Shown here one piece after another: positions 39,073-49,144 of a stretch of DNA of 64,000 nt. Position 1 is the stretch's first letter; each line of letters opens with the position of its first letter. A program made the position numbers and the translations under genes. Source of the DNA: a virus; the IMG/VR virus record IMGVR_UViG_3300008108_000039, positions 64,001 through 128,000 of that record; one strand, written 5' to 3'. Below the pieces are notes generated by a model that was not told the DNA's origin, ran no database searches, and saw nothing but the letters and a program-made list of their open reading frames with translations.

Positions 39073-41046
39073 TTAAGTTAATACATAAGTTATTGAATTA
39101 CCAGCACCACCTGCTTGTAATAAATTAGTTCGATATACTTTATAATCTCCAACAGATGAAGAAGTAAATAAACTTAATACCCCAAATCCAGCTGATGTGA
39201 TATTTGTTAAAAATGATAATGAACCATTATATACAATGTAATGATATTTATCTCCTGTCCAGTTTATAGTTACTGATTGTCCTGTAGCTGTTGTTGTTCC
39301 TTTTTGAATAACTCCTACACTACCTCCTATAGTTGTATCCCAAGCTCCAATATGTTCTATATTAGCTTGAGTTAAACTAGCTGACACTATAGCACCTGAT
39401 CTTAAACTTCTAATTTTAGTAAATGTACTAGTTCCAAAAACAGATGCAGTTAATGCAGGACTATTATCAGATCCATTTACACCTGAAGATGAATATGATG
39501 CAGTAGCAGCTATAATAATACTTACTGAACCTGTTAAAGATCCAGTTACATTTAAAGGTGATGCTATTGATGATGTTAAAAAGTTAAATGTCCAACCGTT
39601 ACTAGCTCCTGATGCTGTAGTAAAGGTTATACTACCTGTAGCTCCTTGTTCTATTTGGTTTGAAGTTGCTCCTAATTGTACAGTTGCAGTTGGTGTTACT
39701 GTTGGGTTACCAGGGTTTGTTTTACTTAAAGCTCCTGTTAATGAAGCACTTCTAACAAGTATAGTTCCATCAGCAGGATTACTAGCTGTTACTTGTAAAT
39801 TATATACAAAACTTCCAGAAGTTATTGTAGTATAATTTAATGTAGTTCCGGTTCCAGTTTGAGCTAATAAAACAGAACCTGTAAATATTGAAGCTGAAAT
39901 TAATGTATATCCATTATTAGACCATACAGCTGATGCTGTATAATCATCTAAAACTCTATTAAATCTATCTGTATTAAAAGTAGAATTAAATGAAAATGAA
40001 GTTATTGAATGTGTTGCTGGGGTTCCAAAAATAAGTTTAAGTCTACCATCAACAAAAGTTACTGCTACTTCAGTAGAATAATCTAATACTTCTATTTGTG
40101 ATAGAGTTTCTATACTAGAAGTTACATATTGTATATTCGATAAACCAGCATACGATGATGATAAAGCATAGGACGATGAAATAGGATTTCCATTAGTCCA
40201 TATACTACCACTTCTTACTAGTGATTGTCCTGTAGTTGGACTTGTTATTCTAACATCATGTAATTCATCAAGTTCATAACCGTTATCGATTCTAACATAC
40301 ATAGAACCATTAATTCCCTGAACTCTTAATACTTGACCTAATCTTACTCCATGTAATGGAGCTAATGGAGCTGAACCAGTCATTGATCCGCTTGATGCTA
40401 AGAATAATAATTGTCCTGCTGTATAAAGAGATGTATCTATACCTAATAACTTACCTTCTGTCATTACATAACCAAAGGCTTGATCAGGTATATCTTGATT
40501 AGTTAATCCTAAAGTATTTGCTGAGTTAGCATCGTCAGTCCAATCCGCTAAAGCTATTAATGCATTATCACCTGTAGCTCCTGATATTCTAACAACTTTT
40601 CCTTTATCAATTTGTTGACCTGTAGTATTCTTAACGTATATAAGAACATCTTGGGTATTCATTGATCCCTCAGCAAATGATGCTGATAAAGCATAGGATG
40701 AACTTATTGCATTTGAAACAGAACCACTAAAATATGATGCTGATAAAGCATTGATTGCCCAACTAGCAGTTCCGAATAATGAACCTGTAAATCCTTGTGT
40801 TGCTGTAGCAGAACCTGTTATTATTAGGCTACCAGAAATAAAAGCCGAACCAGTAAAAGGAAATCCAGTTCCTGTTCCTCCACCACCGCTTCCTATTTCT
40901 ACTATACTTTGGACTCCATTATCTTTTTTAAGGAATACCTTACCATCAAAAGTGTTTATGGCTAACTCACCAAGATCTAACGATGAAGTTGTTGGAACTT
41001 TGCCAGGAACGGCACTGCGTTTAAGTTGTAGTTTATTTACAGCCAT
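39073..41046 (-). CDS. tail fibre protein with Mtd_N-like N-terminal anchor
   Basis: LQLKRS..PGKVP....L..GELAIN..DGK; TGSLFGTASWA; GYELDELHDV.I. Confidence 0.72.
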   Translation of the reverse strand: MAVNKLQLKRSAVPGKVPTTSSLDLGELAINTFDGKVFLKKDNGVQSIVEIGSGGGGTGTGFPFTGSAFISGSLIITGSATATQGFTGSLFGTASWAINALSASYFSGSVSNAISSSYALSASFAEGSMNTQDVLIYVKNTTGQQIDKGKVVRISGATGDNALIALADWTDDANSANTLGLTNQDIPDQAFGYVMTEGKLLGIDTSLYTAGQLLFLASSGSMTGSAPLAPLHGVRLGQVLRVQGINGSMYVRIDNGYELDELHDVRITSPTTGQSLVRSGSIWTNGNPISSSYALSSSYAGLSNIQYVTSSIETLSQIEVLDYSTEVAVTFVDGRLKLIFGTPATHSITSFSFNSTFNTDRFNRVLDDYTASAVWSNNGYTLISASIFTGSVLLAQTGTGTTLNYTTITSGSFVYNLQVTASNPADGTILVRSASLTGALSKTNPGNPTVTPTATVQLGATSNQIEQGATGSITFTTASGASNGWTFNFLTSSIASPLNVTGSLTGSVSIIIAATASYSSSGVNGSDNSPALTASVFGTSTFTKIRSLRSGAIVSASLTQANIEHIGAWDTTIGGSVGVIQKGTTTATGQSVTINWTGDKYHYIVYNGSLSFLTNITSAGFGVLSLFTSSSVGDYKVYRTNLLQAGGAGNSITYVLT

Positions 41047-41098
41047 ATATATGGGTCCTTTTTAATAGTATATACTAGGTATAGTAGCTTATATAAGC
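41043..41098 (-). promoter_or_regulatory. three tandem 12-bp palindromes (hairpins with AUAU loops), the last covering the start codon
   Basis: GCTTATATAAGC (41087-98), TAGTATATACTA (41066-77), CCATATATATGG (41043-54). Confidence 0.6.
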
Positions 41099-41116
41099 CA
41101 CGTATAAATATTGCTA

Positions 41117-41344
41117 TTAGTAAGAACCAGCATCAATAATGTCAACGTTTATTGAGCCACTTGTATTTAATGAAGCTGATGCTACAGATGGAGCATTAAC
41201 TATAAAGAATGAACCAGAAACATTTAATGCTGTTTTTGTTGGATTATCTTGTACTGCAGATAATGAGCCTGATACACTAAGTTCATTAGTGTTTGCATTA
41301 TAACTAATATTACTAAGTATTTGTTTAAGTTTTAATCGTGCCAT
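41117..41344 (-). CDS. small structural protein
   Basis: 75 aa, VSGS repeats, ends IDAGSY. Confidence 0.55.
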   Translation of the reverse strand: MARLKLKQILSNISYNANTNELSVSGSLSAVQDNPTKTALNVSGSFFIVNAPSVASASLNTSGSINVDIIDAGSY

Positions 41345-41346
41345 TA

Positions 41347-41673
41347 TTATGCAAATTTTCCTATTGCTATTACTTCATCGTCTGCTTCTAGAGAAAAACC
41401 TATAGAATTTGTATCAAATGTTATAGATACTCCCCCCGAATAATTATTAAATGAAACAAAAGATGATGGAATATTTTGACTGTTTATGAAAAATATAAAA
41501 TTATTTATAGTAGTAGCTGGTAGTAAAGATGATGGTTGTAATATAGTAGCTCCAGTAAATATTGCTGTATTAGGAACAGTAATAATGTCTGCTTTAATAG
41601 ATTTATTTGTATTAATATACAAAATATCTTGTGGAGATAGTGCTTGATTTATATTAATATATGCATTTGCCAT
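41347..41673 (-). CDS. stand-alone duplicate of the C-terminal domain of the gp15-like protein
   Basis: KADIITVPN, LPATTINNFIF and LEADDEVIAIGKF are identical in both. Confidence 0.75.
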   Translation of the reverse strand: MANAYININQALSPQDILYINTNKSIKADIITVPNTAIFTGATILQPSSLLPATTINNFIFFINSQNIPSSFVSFNNYSGGVSITFDTNSIGFSLEADDEVIAIGKFA

Positions 41674-42926
41674 TATTGAAATTTTCCTATTGCTATCACT
41701 TCATCATCTGCTTCTAAAGTATATCCTAATAAATTAGTATCAAATTGAACTCTAACACCAGAACCATCAGCTACGAACGAAGCTACAGATGAGGGTACAT
41801 ATTGTCCATTGATATAAAATATAAAATTATTAATTGTTGTAGCTGGTAACTGTGATGTAGCGGGTGGGTTTAATATTAAAGCTCCAGTAAATAATGCTTG
41901 ATTAGGTACTGTGATAATATCAGCTTTAAGTGGTTTATTTGTATTTAAGTAGGTTAAATCACCAAGAGCCGCAGCATTAATAGTTGTATTATAAACAACA
42001 TTTCCATCACCAATAAATGAAGTGGAACCTACAGTATTATTAGCAGGCATTTGAGCAGCAGGATTAACATTATTAAGATTTTCAACAGTTTCTAAACCAA
42101 ATACAACCTGAGCTTTGGAATAATACATATTAGAGGCAGCTGCTCTTTTATTAATAGTATCTGGTATTAGGTATCCATTTAATGTTAGAGTGAAGTTTGT
42201 TCTTGCTGCCATATCTTCACCTTGTTGCATTATAGTTGTAATAGCAAAGTTATCTATTCTAACTCTAAAATTCCATCGTGAATAATCTCCCCAATATGAA
42301 TCAGAAGCATATTCAATAGCTTCAATTAATTTATTGTTTTGTTCTACAAAGTTTGTAAATAAAACACAATCATAAGTTACGGTTACATAATCAGGTACTA
42401 CAGAAACATAGTATTGTTTTGAAGGTATTCTATTAGTTAAAACAGAAAAATTATCATAAAAGTTTTTAGCATTATATTTAGTTTCAAATACTTGAAATAA
42501 ATGACTTTTATTACCATCTAATTTATTACCTAAATTTCTATCTTTTTCAACATTAGTACGATAATACATGATAAGAGGAGCCATTATCTTTCCAGCAGCA
42601 TCACGATAATATCCATCGTTTTGAACAGCTTTCCATCTTTCAGAACTACCATATAATATAGGTACAGGAACACGAGTATTATTTTGTATTACTGTAGGTT
42701 TAATAACATTACTAAAATAATAGTGTATTGCTTGATCTATATCTGTTAAACTAACAGCCATGTCTTTTACATCATCATTTTTATGTGATATATCTAAAGC
42801 CCTATTTCTAGAAAATACATTTTCCCCATCACCATCTGGTTTGCCCATATTACTTAAATATGGGTCAACAGATGCTTGTGATATTTCAGCAGCTGTACGT
42901 GGTCTTGGTTTTATAGGGCGTGGCAT
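41673..42926 (-). CDS. tail terminator / sheath stabiliser (gp15-like) with C-terminal extension
   Basis: VP..YG..ERW, P.YV.VTY, F.L.L.GYL.P; neck-region position. Confidence 0.7.
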   Translation of the reverse strand: MPRPIKPRPRTAAEISQASVDPYLSNMGKPDGDGENVFSRNRALDISHKNDDVKDMAVSLTDIDQAIHYYFSNVIKPTVIQNNTRVPVPILYGSSERWKAVQNDGYYRDAAGKIMAPLIMYYRTNVEKDRNLGNKLDGNKSHLFQVFETKYNAKNFYDNFSVLTNRIPSKQYYVSVVPDYVTVTYDCVLFTNFVEQNNKLIEAIEYASDSYWGDYSRWNFRVRIDNFAITTIMQQGEDMAARTNFTLTLNGYLIPDTINKRAAASNMYYSKAQVVFGLETVENLNNVNPAAQMPANNTVGSTSFIGDGNVVYNTTINAAALGDLTYLNTNKPLKADIITVPNQALFTGALILNPPATSQLPATTINNFIFYINGQYVPSSVASFVADGSGVRVQFDTNLLGYTLEADDEVIAIGKFQ

Positions 42927-43309
42927 TATATTCTACCTTGTTTTTGTAATGCTAATAATTTATCTAAAGCATTCATAGCTTTAAATAATTGATTATATAA
43001 TTTATTAATTTCTTTAGCTGTATTTTTTATATCAGGATTAGAAGAAAACATAAATACATCAAATTCTCTTTTATTTTGAATTACATCTCTTTTAATTTGA
43101 TCAATTTTAGGTAAACTAATTACTTGAGACGTTGAAGTTTCAGGACGACTAGGATCTGGAGGTAAATTAACTAATATTGATCCTTTTTTTAATAAGTCTT
43201 CATATTCTTCTGGTGTTAAATCAGCTATAGTAATTTCTTTACCTGGTTCTCTATCAGCGTATATCTTTTTTGGTTTCTCTAACTCTAATAAATCTATTAA
43301 TTTTATCAT
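42926..43309 (-). CDS. hypothetical protein with MIKLIDLLE leader
   Basis: 127-aa ORF. Confidence 0.65.
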   Translation of the reverse strand: MIKLIDLLELEKPKKIYADREPGKEITIADLTPEEYEDLLKKGSILVNLPPDPSRPETSTSQVISLPKIDQIKRDVIQNKREFDVFMFSSNPDIKNTAKEINKLYNQLFKAMNALDKLLALQKQGRI

Positions 43310-43311
43310 AA

Positions 43312-43881
43312 TTATAATCTTTCTAAGTTTATACCTAAGGTTTCAACACGAGCATAGTGTGCTGTAACAATAATTGAAATTGATAAACCAAAATTATCAT
43401 TATCAGATGAAAATGAGTATTCTGGTTGTTTACCTACAAAAAGTTGATTTTCTACAACACTATCAACTTCATAATAGTCATTATTCCACACAATAACATC
43501 TCCTACTTCTGGTACTATATTATATGATGTTGATATAGTAGAAGTATACCCTCCAGCTACATATCTTATATTTGTATAGTTAATAGGATCTTCATCATAT
43601 CCTGCTAAATCATCTTTTAAAAATCTACAAGTTATATCTTGATTAACATCAGGACCAAAATTATCTGTAGTCCACTCAGGTGGTGTTCTTTCTATTAAGC
43701 AATTTATTAATACAGGATCATTAAATATTTTAGTACCATTAGCTTCACCATATAAATTATGTTCAGATCTTTCTAAATTTATTTTATAATATCCTACTTG
43801 TTGTTGAATAATGTTGTTTACCAATTCACGATTGATATGTCTAATTAATGAGGCATCACGAGCGGTTCCAAATAAACTCAT
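43312..43881 (-). CDS. neck/head-closure protein (gp14-like)
   Basis: NLYGEA..K.F..PV, FG.D, PEVGD.I.W...YYEV..V. Confidence 0.7.
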   Translation of the reverse strand: MSLFGTARDASLIRHINRELVNNIIQQQVGYYKINLERSEHNLYGEANGTKIFNDPVLINCLIERTPPEWTTDNFGPDVNQDITCRFLKDDLAGYDEDPINYTNIRYVAGGYTSTISTSYNIVPEVGDVIVWNNDYYEVDSVVENQLFVGKQPEYSFSSDNDNFGLSISIIVTAHYARVETLGINLERL

Positions 43882-43885
43882 ATTA

Positions 43886-44224
43886 TTAGTATTGTCCTAC
43901 TTTTTCAATAGTGTTAAAGCGCGGAATAAACTGTAATAAACCTTGTATTTTATTAGCTGATAAAGCATCCATTTTAATTGAGTCAATAGCAGCTTTAGGT
44001 TCTTTTAAAGCAAGATACTTTATTTTAAGTAAAGCATATTGGTGTTTATCAGTACTTTTACTTCTAAGAAAATCATTTTGTTCAACAGTAACTACTACTA
44101 CGTCCTTTAATCCTCTAATTTCATTATAAATAAATACTTGGTTAACATTTTTTGAAGTTTTAATTAATACTTCAATTTTATATAATACAAGAGCTTCTGT
44201 TAATATGTCTATTAATTTAATCAT
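43886..44224 (-). CDS. hypothetical protein with MIKLIDILTE leader
   Basis: 112-aa ORF; EIRGL..V.VV. Confidence 0.65.
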   Translation of the reverse strand: MIKLIDILTEALVLYKIEVLIKTSKNVNQVFIYNEIRGLKDVVVVTVEQNDFLRSKSTDKHQYALLKIKYLALKEPKAAIDSIKMDALSANKIQGLLQFIPRFNTIEKVGQY

Positions 44225-45379
44225 TTAGAAAATATAAATTGGGAGAGGTATATTATTTAGTTGTTTTTGAATATATTCTGTTTCACTAGCTTGATTTTCA
44301 AGTTGTGTTTTACGAGATGTTACATCTAAAGTTGCACGTAATTGTGTTAAAAGATCTTCTTTTTCTTTTCTAGCATCAGTTAATAAATCCTGTTGATTTA
44401 ATGTTACCTCAGCTCCAGGAATAGGTACTGTACCATATTTTCCTCTAACATATGCTAAAGTTTCTTTTATTAAAGCTAAAGCATATTGACGAATCCACTG
44501 TTTACCAATTGAATTAATTTGTAGATAAACTGGATTTTGGTATGGTACATTTGATACATTAGTAACTAAATTAGTTCTACTATCTACTACAGGATTATTT
44601 CTTTCATCTACTAATATATAATGAAACCATAATTTATCATTGTATCCTGGAGTAACTGTTGTAGGTATAGGAAATAATCTTAATTTATTATTTACTAAAT
44701 CAAATGAAAATGCTGATTTTCTAATTTGATCATTAAATTCAATAGCTTGAATTTTCATTACATCAAAGAAAATAGGCATTAATAAAAAGTTAATACCAGG
44801 TGAAAATTGTCCAAACCCAAAGGTTTCAAGTAGTGATTGAATACCAGTACCTGTACCTGCATATGGATCAAAATAACGAACAATTGCAGGAGGAGATTCA
44901 AAAAATACTTTTTTTACTTCAATAGATCCAGTTATACCTGAAGCCGATACAGCTGCTTGTAAATCATAATCTTGTACTCCTGATATTAAGGTACATGAAC
45001 CAGTATATATATTAATTTTTCCACCAGTTCCCGCTTCAGTAGCATATGTTTCTGAGATTCGAATTATGCTACCCATATTAGGTGTTACAACAGCATTATT
45101 TAATGAATTTCCTGTTGTAGTACCTTCTAAATTAAGATAATTTTCGCGAACTTTCCATTGGTATACTTCATTACCATAAGTAGTAACTGCTTCTTCAAAA
45201 GCAGCATAAAATGATCCTGATTGTAATTCAACTTCTACTAAGGGGTATCCTAGACGACTTGCACACCATTGTGCTACTTTATCTGCAGATCCTGAAAATT
45301 CAGTATCTGTATCATAAAATCCAAATGGTGTTTGGCCAGGATTAAATGCTGATGTTCCATTCCAAATTGCTACGTTCAT
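44225..45379 (-). CDS. neck/head-tail adaptor (gp13-like)
   Basis: RLGYP.V.VEL, WIR.YALAL.KE.L..VRGKY..VP.PG..V.LN. Confidence 0.8.
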   Translation of the reverse strand: MNVAIWNGTSAFNPGQTPFGFYDTDTEFSGSADKVAQWCASRLGYPLVEVELQSGSFYAAFEEAVTTYGNEVYQWKVRENYLNLEGTTTGNSLNNAVVTPNMGSIIRISETYATEAGTGGKINIYTGSCTLISGVQDYDLQAAVSASGITGSIEVKKVFFESPPAIVRYFDPYAGTGTGIQSLLETFGFGQFSPGINFLLMPIFFDVMKIQAIEFNDQIRKSAFSFDLVNNKLRLFPIPTTVTPGYNDKLWFHYILVDERNNPVVDSRTNLVTNVSNVPYQNPVYLQINSIGKQWIRQYALALIKETLAYVRGKYGTVPIPGAEVTLNQQDLLTDARKEKEDLLTQLRATLDVTSRKTQLENQASETEYIQKQLNNIPLPIYIF

Positions 45380-45411
45380 TATTAAGTAGTATTTATCACG
45401 TATAAATATAA

Positions 45412-46080
45412 CTACTTTCCGTATTCGTATTCAAGTATTTTACCAACTAAATCGGATCTGTGGTTTTCTTTAAGCTTAACCCACTTAATTTCTTCGATTT
45501 TTTTAGATAATTCGATAACATAATTTAAGCCGTTTATTTCGCCCGTTTTGGAGTTGATATCGGTCTGTTCATTATCACCGTTAATAACAATTTTACCACT
45601 TTTTCCTAAACGAGTTAATATAGCTAACATTTCTCCTTTAGTAAGGTTTTGTGCTTCTTCTACTATTAGAATATCATCAATTGTTTTACCACGAATAAAT
45701 TGTACTGGTAGTGCTTTTATTTTACCTTCTTCTATTAAATTAGGTACTTCATTCTTATTGGTGCAACATTTATTAAGATTTTCAATAAGAGCTTCCATAT
45801 AAGGATCAAATTTTTCATTTAATGCTCCTGGAAGATATCCTAATGATTTACCCACTTCAATTGCTGCTCGTGTATTGTAAATACAATTTATTTGTTTTTT
45901 CTTTAAAAAATCTAGTGCAGCTTGAGCACATACTAATGATTTACCTGATCCTGCTCTACCTGTTATAACTACAATTTGGTTTTCTATTATTAATCGTTTT
46001 GCTTCTTTTTGTTCTTCATTTAATTGAATAGAACTAATAGCTTTAATATCATTTTTTCTTTCCCGGTTAGGTTCTTTCAT
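45412..46080 (-). CDS. phoH: PhoH family ATPase
   Basis: G.AGSGKS, LGYLPG...EK..PY, FIRG.T, EEAQN, LTRLG, GD..Q.D, HRS.LV. Confidence 0.92.
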   Translation of the reverse strand: MKEPNRERKNDIKAISSIQLNEEQKEAKRLIIENQIVVITGRAGSGKSLVCAQAALDFLKKKQINCIYNTRAAIEVGKSLGYLPGALNEKFDPYMEALIENLNKCCTNKNEVPNLIEEGKIKALPVQFIRGKTIDDILIVEEAQNLTKGEMLAILTRLGKSGKIVINGDNEQTDINSKTGEINGLNYVIELSKKIEEIKWVKLKENHRSDLVGKILEYEYGK

Positions 46081-46103
46081 ATAACATTATTTGATATAAA
46101 TAT

Positions 46104-46136
46104 AAAAAAGAAGACCCGAACATTAAGTTCGGGTCT
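46104..46136 (-). terminator. intrinsic terminator after the major capsid gene
   Basis: AGACCCGAAC-ttaat-GTTCGGGTCT followed by TCTTTTTT. Confidence 0.85.
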
Positions 46137-46173
46137 CTTATTTATAGCCTTACGGGGCTAAGTTATATTAGGA

Positions 46174-47805
46174 TTAGACAGTATCTAAACCGTGTACATA
46201 CACCTTAGCGTAGTAGTCAGGACGAATCATTCTCTTAGCGTAACGAGTCATCAAACCTTTACGTGGAGTGAAGGTATTTGGATCGTAAAGCAATGGAGTC
46301 ATGATTAATGGTACATAAGGAGCAAATACAGCACCACACTCTAAGAACTGATTACCTTTGTAACCCATTAAGATTACGTTCTCAGTCATGTATGGGTTTT
46401 TATAAACCTTGTAGCGGCTGTTTAAGCTACCTACTTTCTGAATACCAAAGTTAAACTCTGATTTTTCACCATCACCATCAGAAGCAAATCCAGGGATTGA
46501 TTCAATGATAGTAGCAATTGTCGGAGAGATACACATAAAGTTTGCACCACCTCTTAAAGTTAATTGGTGAATTCTGTTAGATACTTTTTGTAGTTTAGTA
46601 CCTAAAGTTTGATACCAACCACCTTGTGTATTAAAGAATGCAGAAGCAGCTGATACAAATGAAGTACCATTCCATACAATGTTGTTATTAGCACTCCAGT
46701 AATCAACAGTGAAGGCGTTTTGAATCAACATATCTAATAACTCAAGATCAATTTCCATAGAAATATATTGAGATAAGATACCAGTTAATTCAGCTTCAGC
46801 ATCTACACTATGATAAGCGTTAAGATCCTGAGCAAATTCTGGAGTCCATTGTGCTTTTAACTTACGAGTTCTAGCAACAATAGGCTCAGATTTTAACGAT
46901 ACGTTAATTTCAGGAATATTGATAGGTTGAGCTTGAGAAATCTGACCAGCAGTAGCAGATCCGAATGCATCTTCGAAATCACCACGAGCAGCAGGAGTAG
47001 TAGCTTTGTTATATTGTAATACACCAGAACCACTAGCTTGGTTCATACTAACAAGATCAGCAGTAATGAATACTAATGCGTTGTTAGAACCACTAAGTCT
47101 AGTAAACTGTTGTAACAAGTTAACAGTGTTAATGCTACCAACACCACCAGAACCTGAAACAAAGTTAAATGCTCTAATACCTAAAGTATCAAAAGAGCTA
47201 GAAACTAAATCATAAGCAGATCCAGAAATAACAATTTTTCTTAAGCTACCAGTAGCATAAGTGGTATCAAAGAAAACATCAGCACCAGTTACAGAAGCAG
47301 TAGTAAATAATACTGATTGAGTAGCGATGTTCAATGAGTAACCAAATTTACCAGCACCATATAAAGAACCAGTAGGGTTAGTTACGTTAGTAGTAGGATC
47401 AGCACTGTAAAGAGATTGGTTTAAACCTAAAGGCTGTACGTTTGTACCATATTTGAAATCCAAATAGAATACAAGACCAGAAGGTAAGTTCATAGGTTGA
47501 ACGCTAACGAACTCTTTTGCAGCGATATCACCAAATACACGGCGAACTAAAGGTAAAGCAACACCAGCCCAGTTTTCTGAGTTGTAACCACCACCAAGTT
47601 GTGAGTTGGTACCACCAGTTTGGCTAGCTTCTGTAACTAATTGTTTAGCTTGGTTTTCAAGCAAGGTAGCCATGACATTCTTGTCATTTTCACCTTTTAA
47701 TCCTTCTAACAAACCAGATTTGGTCCATTTAGAGGATAATTTTTTAGCGTCATCCATTACAACTTTGTATTGGTTTGAGCTTTCTAATAATTGTTGAATG
47801 TTCAT
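46174..47805 (-). CDS. major capsid protein (T4 gp23-like)
   Basis: LLENQ, PLVRR, VQPM..P.GL.F, A.TRKLKA.WT.E.AQDL.A.H..DAEAEL, APY.PL, F.P..G..TRY. Confidence 0.96.
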   Translation of the reverse strand: MNIQQLLESSNQYKVVMDDAKKLSSKWTKSGLLEGLKGENDKNVMATLLENQAKQLVTEASQTGGTNSQLGGGYNSENWAGVALPLVRRVFGDIAAKEFVSVQPMNLPSGLVFYLDFKYGTNVQPLGLNQSLYSADPTTNVTNPTGSLYGAGKFGYSLNIATQSVLFTTASVTGADVFFDTTYATGSLRKIVISGSAYDLVSSSFDTLGIRAFNFVSGSGGVGSINTVNLLQQFTRLSGSNNALVFITADLVSMNQASGSGVLQYNKATTPAARGDFEDAFGSATAGQISQAQPINIPEINVSLKSEPIVARTRKLKAQWTPEFAQDLNAYHSVDAEAELTGILSQYISMEIDLELLDMLIQNAFTVDYWSANNNIVWNGTSFVSAASAFFNTQGGWYQTLGTKLQKVSNRIHQLTLRGGANFMCISPTIATIIESIPGFASDGDGEKSEFNFGIQKVGSLNSRYKVYKNPYMTENVILMGYKGNQFLECGAVFAPYVPLIMTPLLYDPNTFTPRKGLMTRYAKRMIRPDYYAKVYVHGLDTV

Positions 47806-47835
47806 CTTAAATTGAATTAAGGGGTTTAAAATTTT

Positions 47836-48993
47836 TTATTTAATAATGTTTGCAAGTTTTTGCATACGAGTAATAACATCATTTGATTCAACTATTGTTG
47901 CCTTAGGAGCAACACCAGCAGCTTTAGAAGCAAATCCTAATGATTCTTTAATTTGAGTTTTCTTAGCACCAAAATTAGATTTTTCAATAGATTCAAATAA
48001 TTCTTTAGCTTGAGCCGGAGTAGTTGCTTTATCAAACGAAGCAATTACTTTTAATTTTTGTGATTCATTTAAATTTTTAGCTTTGAAGATTTTGTTAACA
48101 TAAAGCAACTTAGCATTTAATAAGTTTACTTCATTTAACTCATTACGAAGAGCATTGATAGTATCGATTGCTTCTTTCATTTCGTCTTTTTCTTCTTTTT
48201 CTTTTTTGTCTTTTTTCTTAGCTTCGTACATATCATCTTTATCATCGTCGTCAGCTTCGTCTAAAGCATCTAATTCAGCTAATAATTCTTCTAAATCAAC
48301 TTCTTCTTCATCACTTACACCTACTTCTTCACCAGCATCTCCCATATCTACACTCATTTCTTCTTCACCACCGCCCATTTCTAGTTCATCACCAGGAACT
48401 CCTAGTTCATCACCAGCATTAGCATCTAGTTCAGCAGAAATAACATCTTTGATAAGGTCTTTTAACTGATCAACTGTAAGGTCAGTAATTTTTTCATCTT
48501 CAGCTTCAACTTCTTCCTCGTCATCAGATTCTTCATCTTCTTCAGATTCTTCATCTTCATCTTCGGATTCGTCTTTAGCTTCTTTTACTTCTTTTTTTTC
48601 TTCGTCTTCATCTTTTTTCTTTTTAGCTTCGTCTAATGAATCTTCTTCATCTAATTCAGCTAAAATAGCAGATAAATCGAAATCTTCTTCAAGATCTTCA
48701 TCGCCTTCTCTTTTCATCATACCATTTACATCACCTTCTCCTGGATTTCCTTGTTCAACACTACCAAATCCTGTGTTTTGTTGTTCATCAGATGTATCGT
48801 AAGGTTGCATATAATCAATCTCTTCGATATCATCTTCTTCTAATTCCATTTCTTGCAATTTTGCAGAAATCATGGATTGTAGTTTTGGTGATAAGGCTTC
48901 TTCAAGAGCAGCTTTGGCATTTGCAAGAGCAGCTTCGCGTACTTGTTTAGCATCAGCGATGGCTTCTTTGAACAAATCTTTGTTTGTACTCAT
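47836..48993 (-). CDS. prohead scaffolding/core protein (gp22-like)
   Basis: Highly acidic coiled coil between protease and capsid genes; ends RMQKLANIIK; preceded by AAGGAG. Confidence 0.8.
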   Translation of the reverse strand: MSTNKDLFKEAIADAKQVREAALANAKAALEEALSPKLQSMISAKLQEMELEEDDIEEIDYMQPYDTSDEQQNTGFGSVEQGNPGEGDVNGMMKREGDEDLEEDFDLSAILAELDEEDSLDEAKKKKDEDEEKKEVKEAKDESEDEDEESEEDEESDDEEEVEAEDEKITDLTVDQLKDLIKDVISAELDANAGDELGVPGDELEMGGGEEEMSVDMGDAGEEVGVSDEEEVDLEELLAELDALDEADDDDKDDMYEAKKKDKKEKEEKDEMKEAIDTINALRNELNEVNLLNAKLLYVNKIFKAKNLNESQKLKVIASFDKATTPAQAKELFESIEKSNFGAKKTQIKESLGFASKAAGVAPKATIVESNDVITRMQKLANIIK

Positions 48994-49144
48994 TTTGTTT
49001 TTCTCCTTAAATTTTTTGTGGAAGTAAGCTTATTAGATCAAGCTTAATAGTGGGTTTATAAATACCAAGCTACCATAAATGTAAGTGGGTAGCTATTATA
49101 GGATATCCATAAATATATGCAAAAATTAAAAACCGCAAAAAACA

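Noticed and set aside
33591-41046. Diversity-generating retroelement suggested by the Mtd_N-like fibre and lectin repeats
   Set aside because: No reverse transcriptase is in the window, and I saw no repeat pair differing only at adenines; the repeats lie in conserved coding flanks.
46145-46160. Small hairpin TAGCC-ccgtaa-GGCTA after the capsid gene as a separate ncRNA
   Set aside because: The stem is only 5 bp and lies next to the real terminator; it is too short to support a call.
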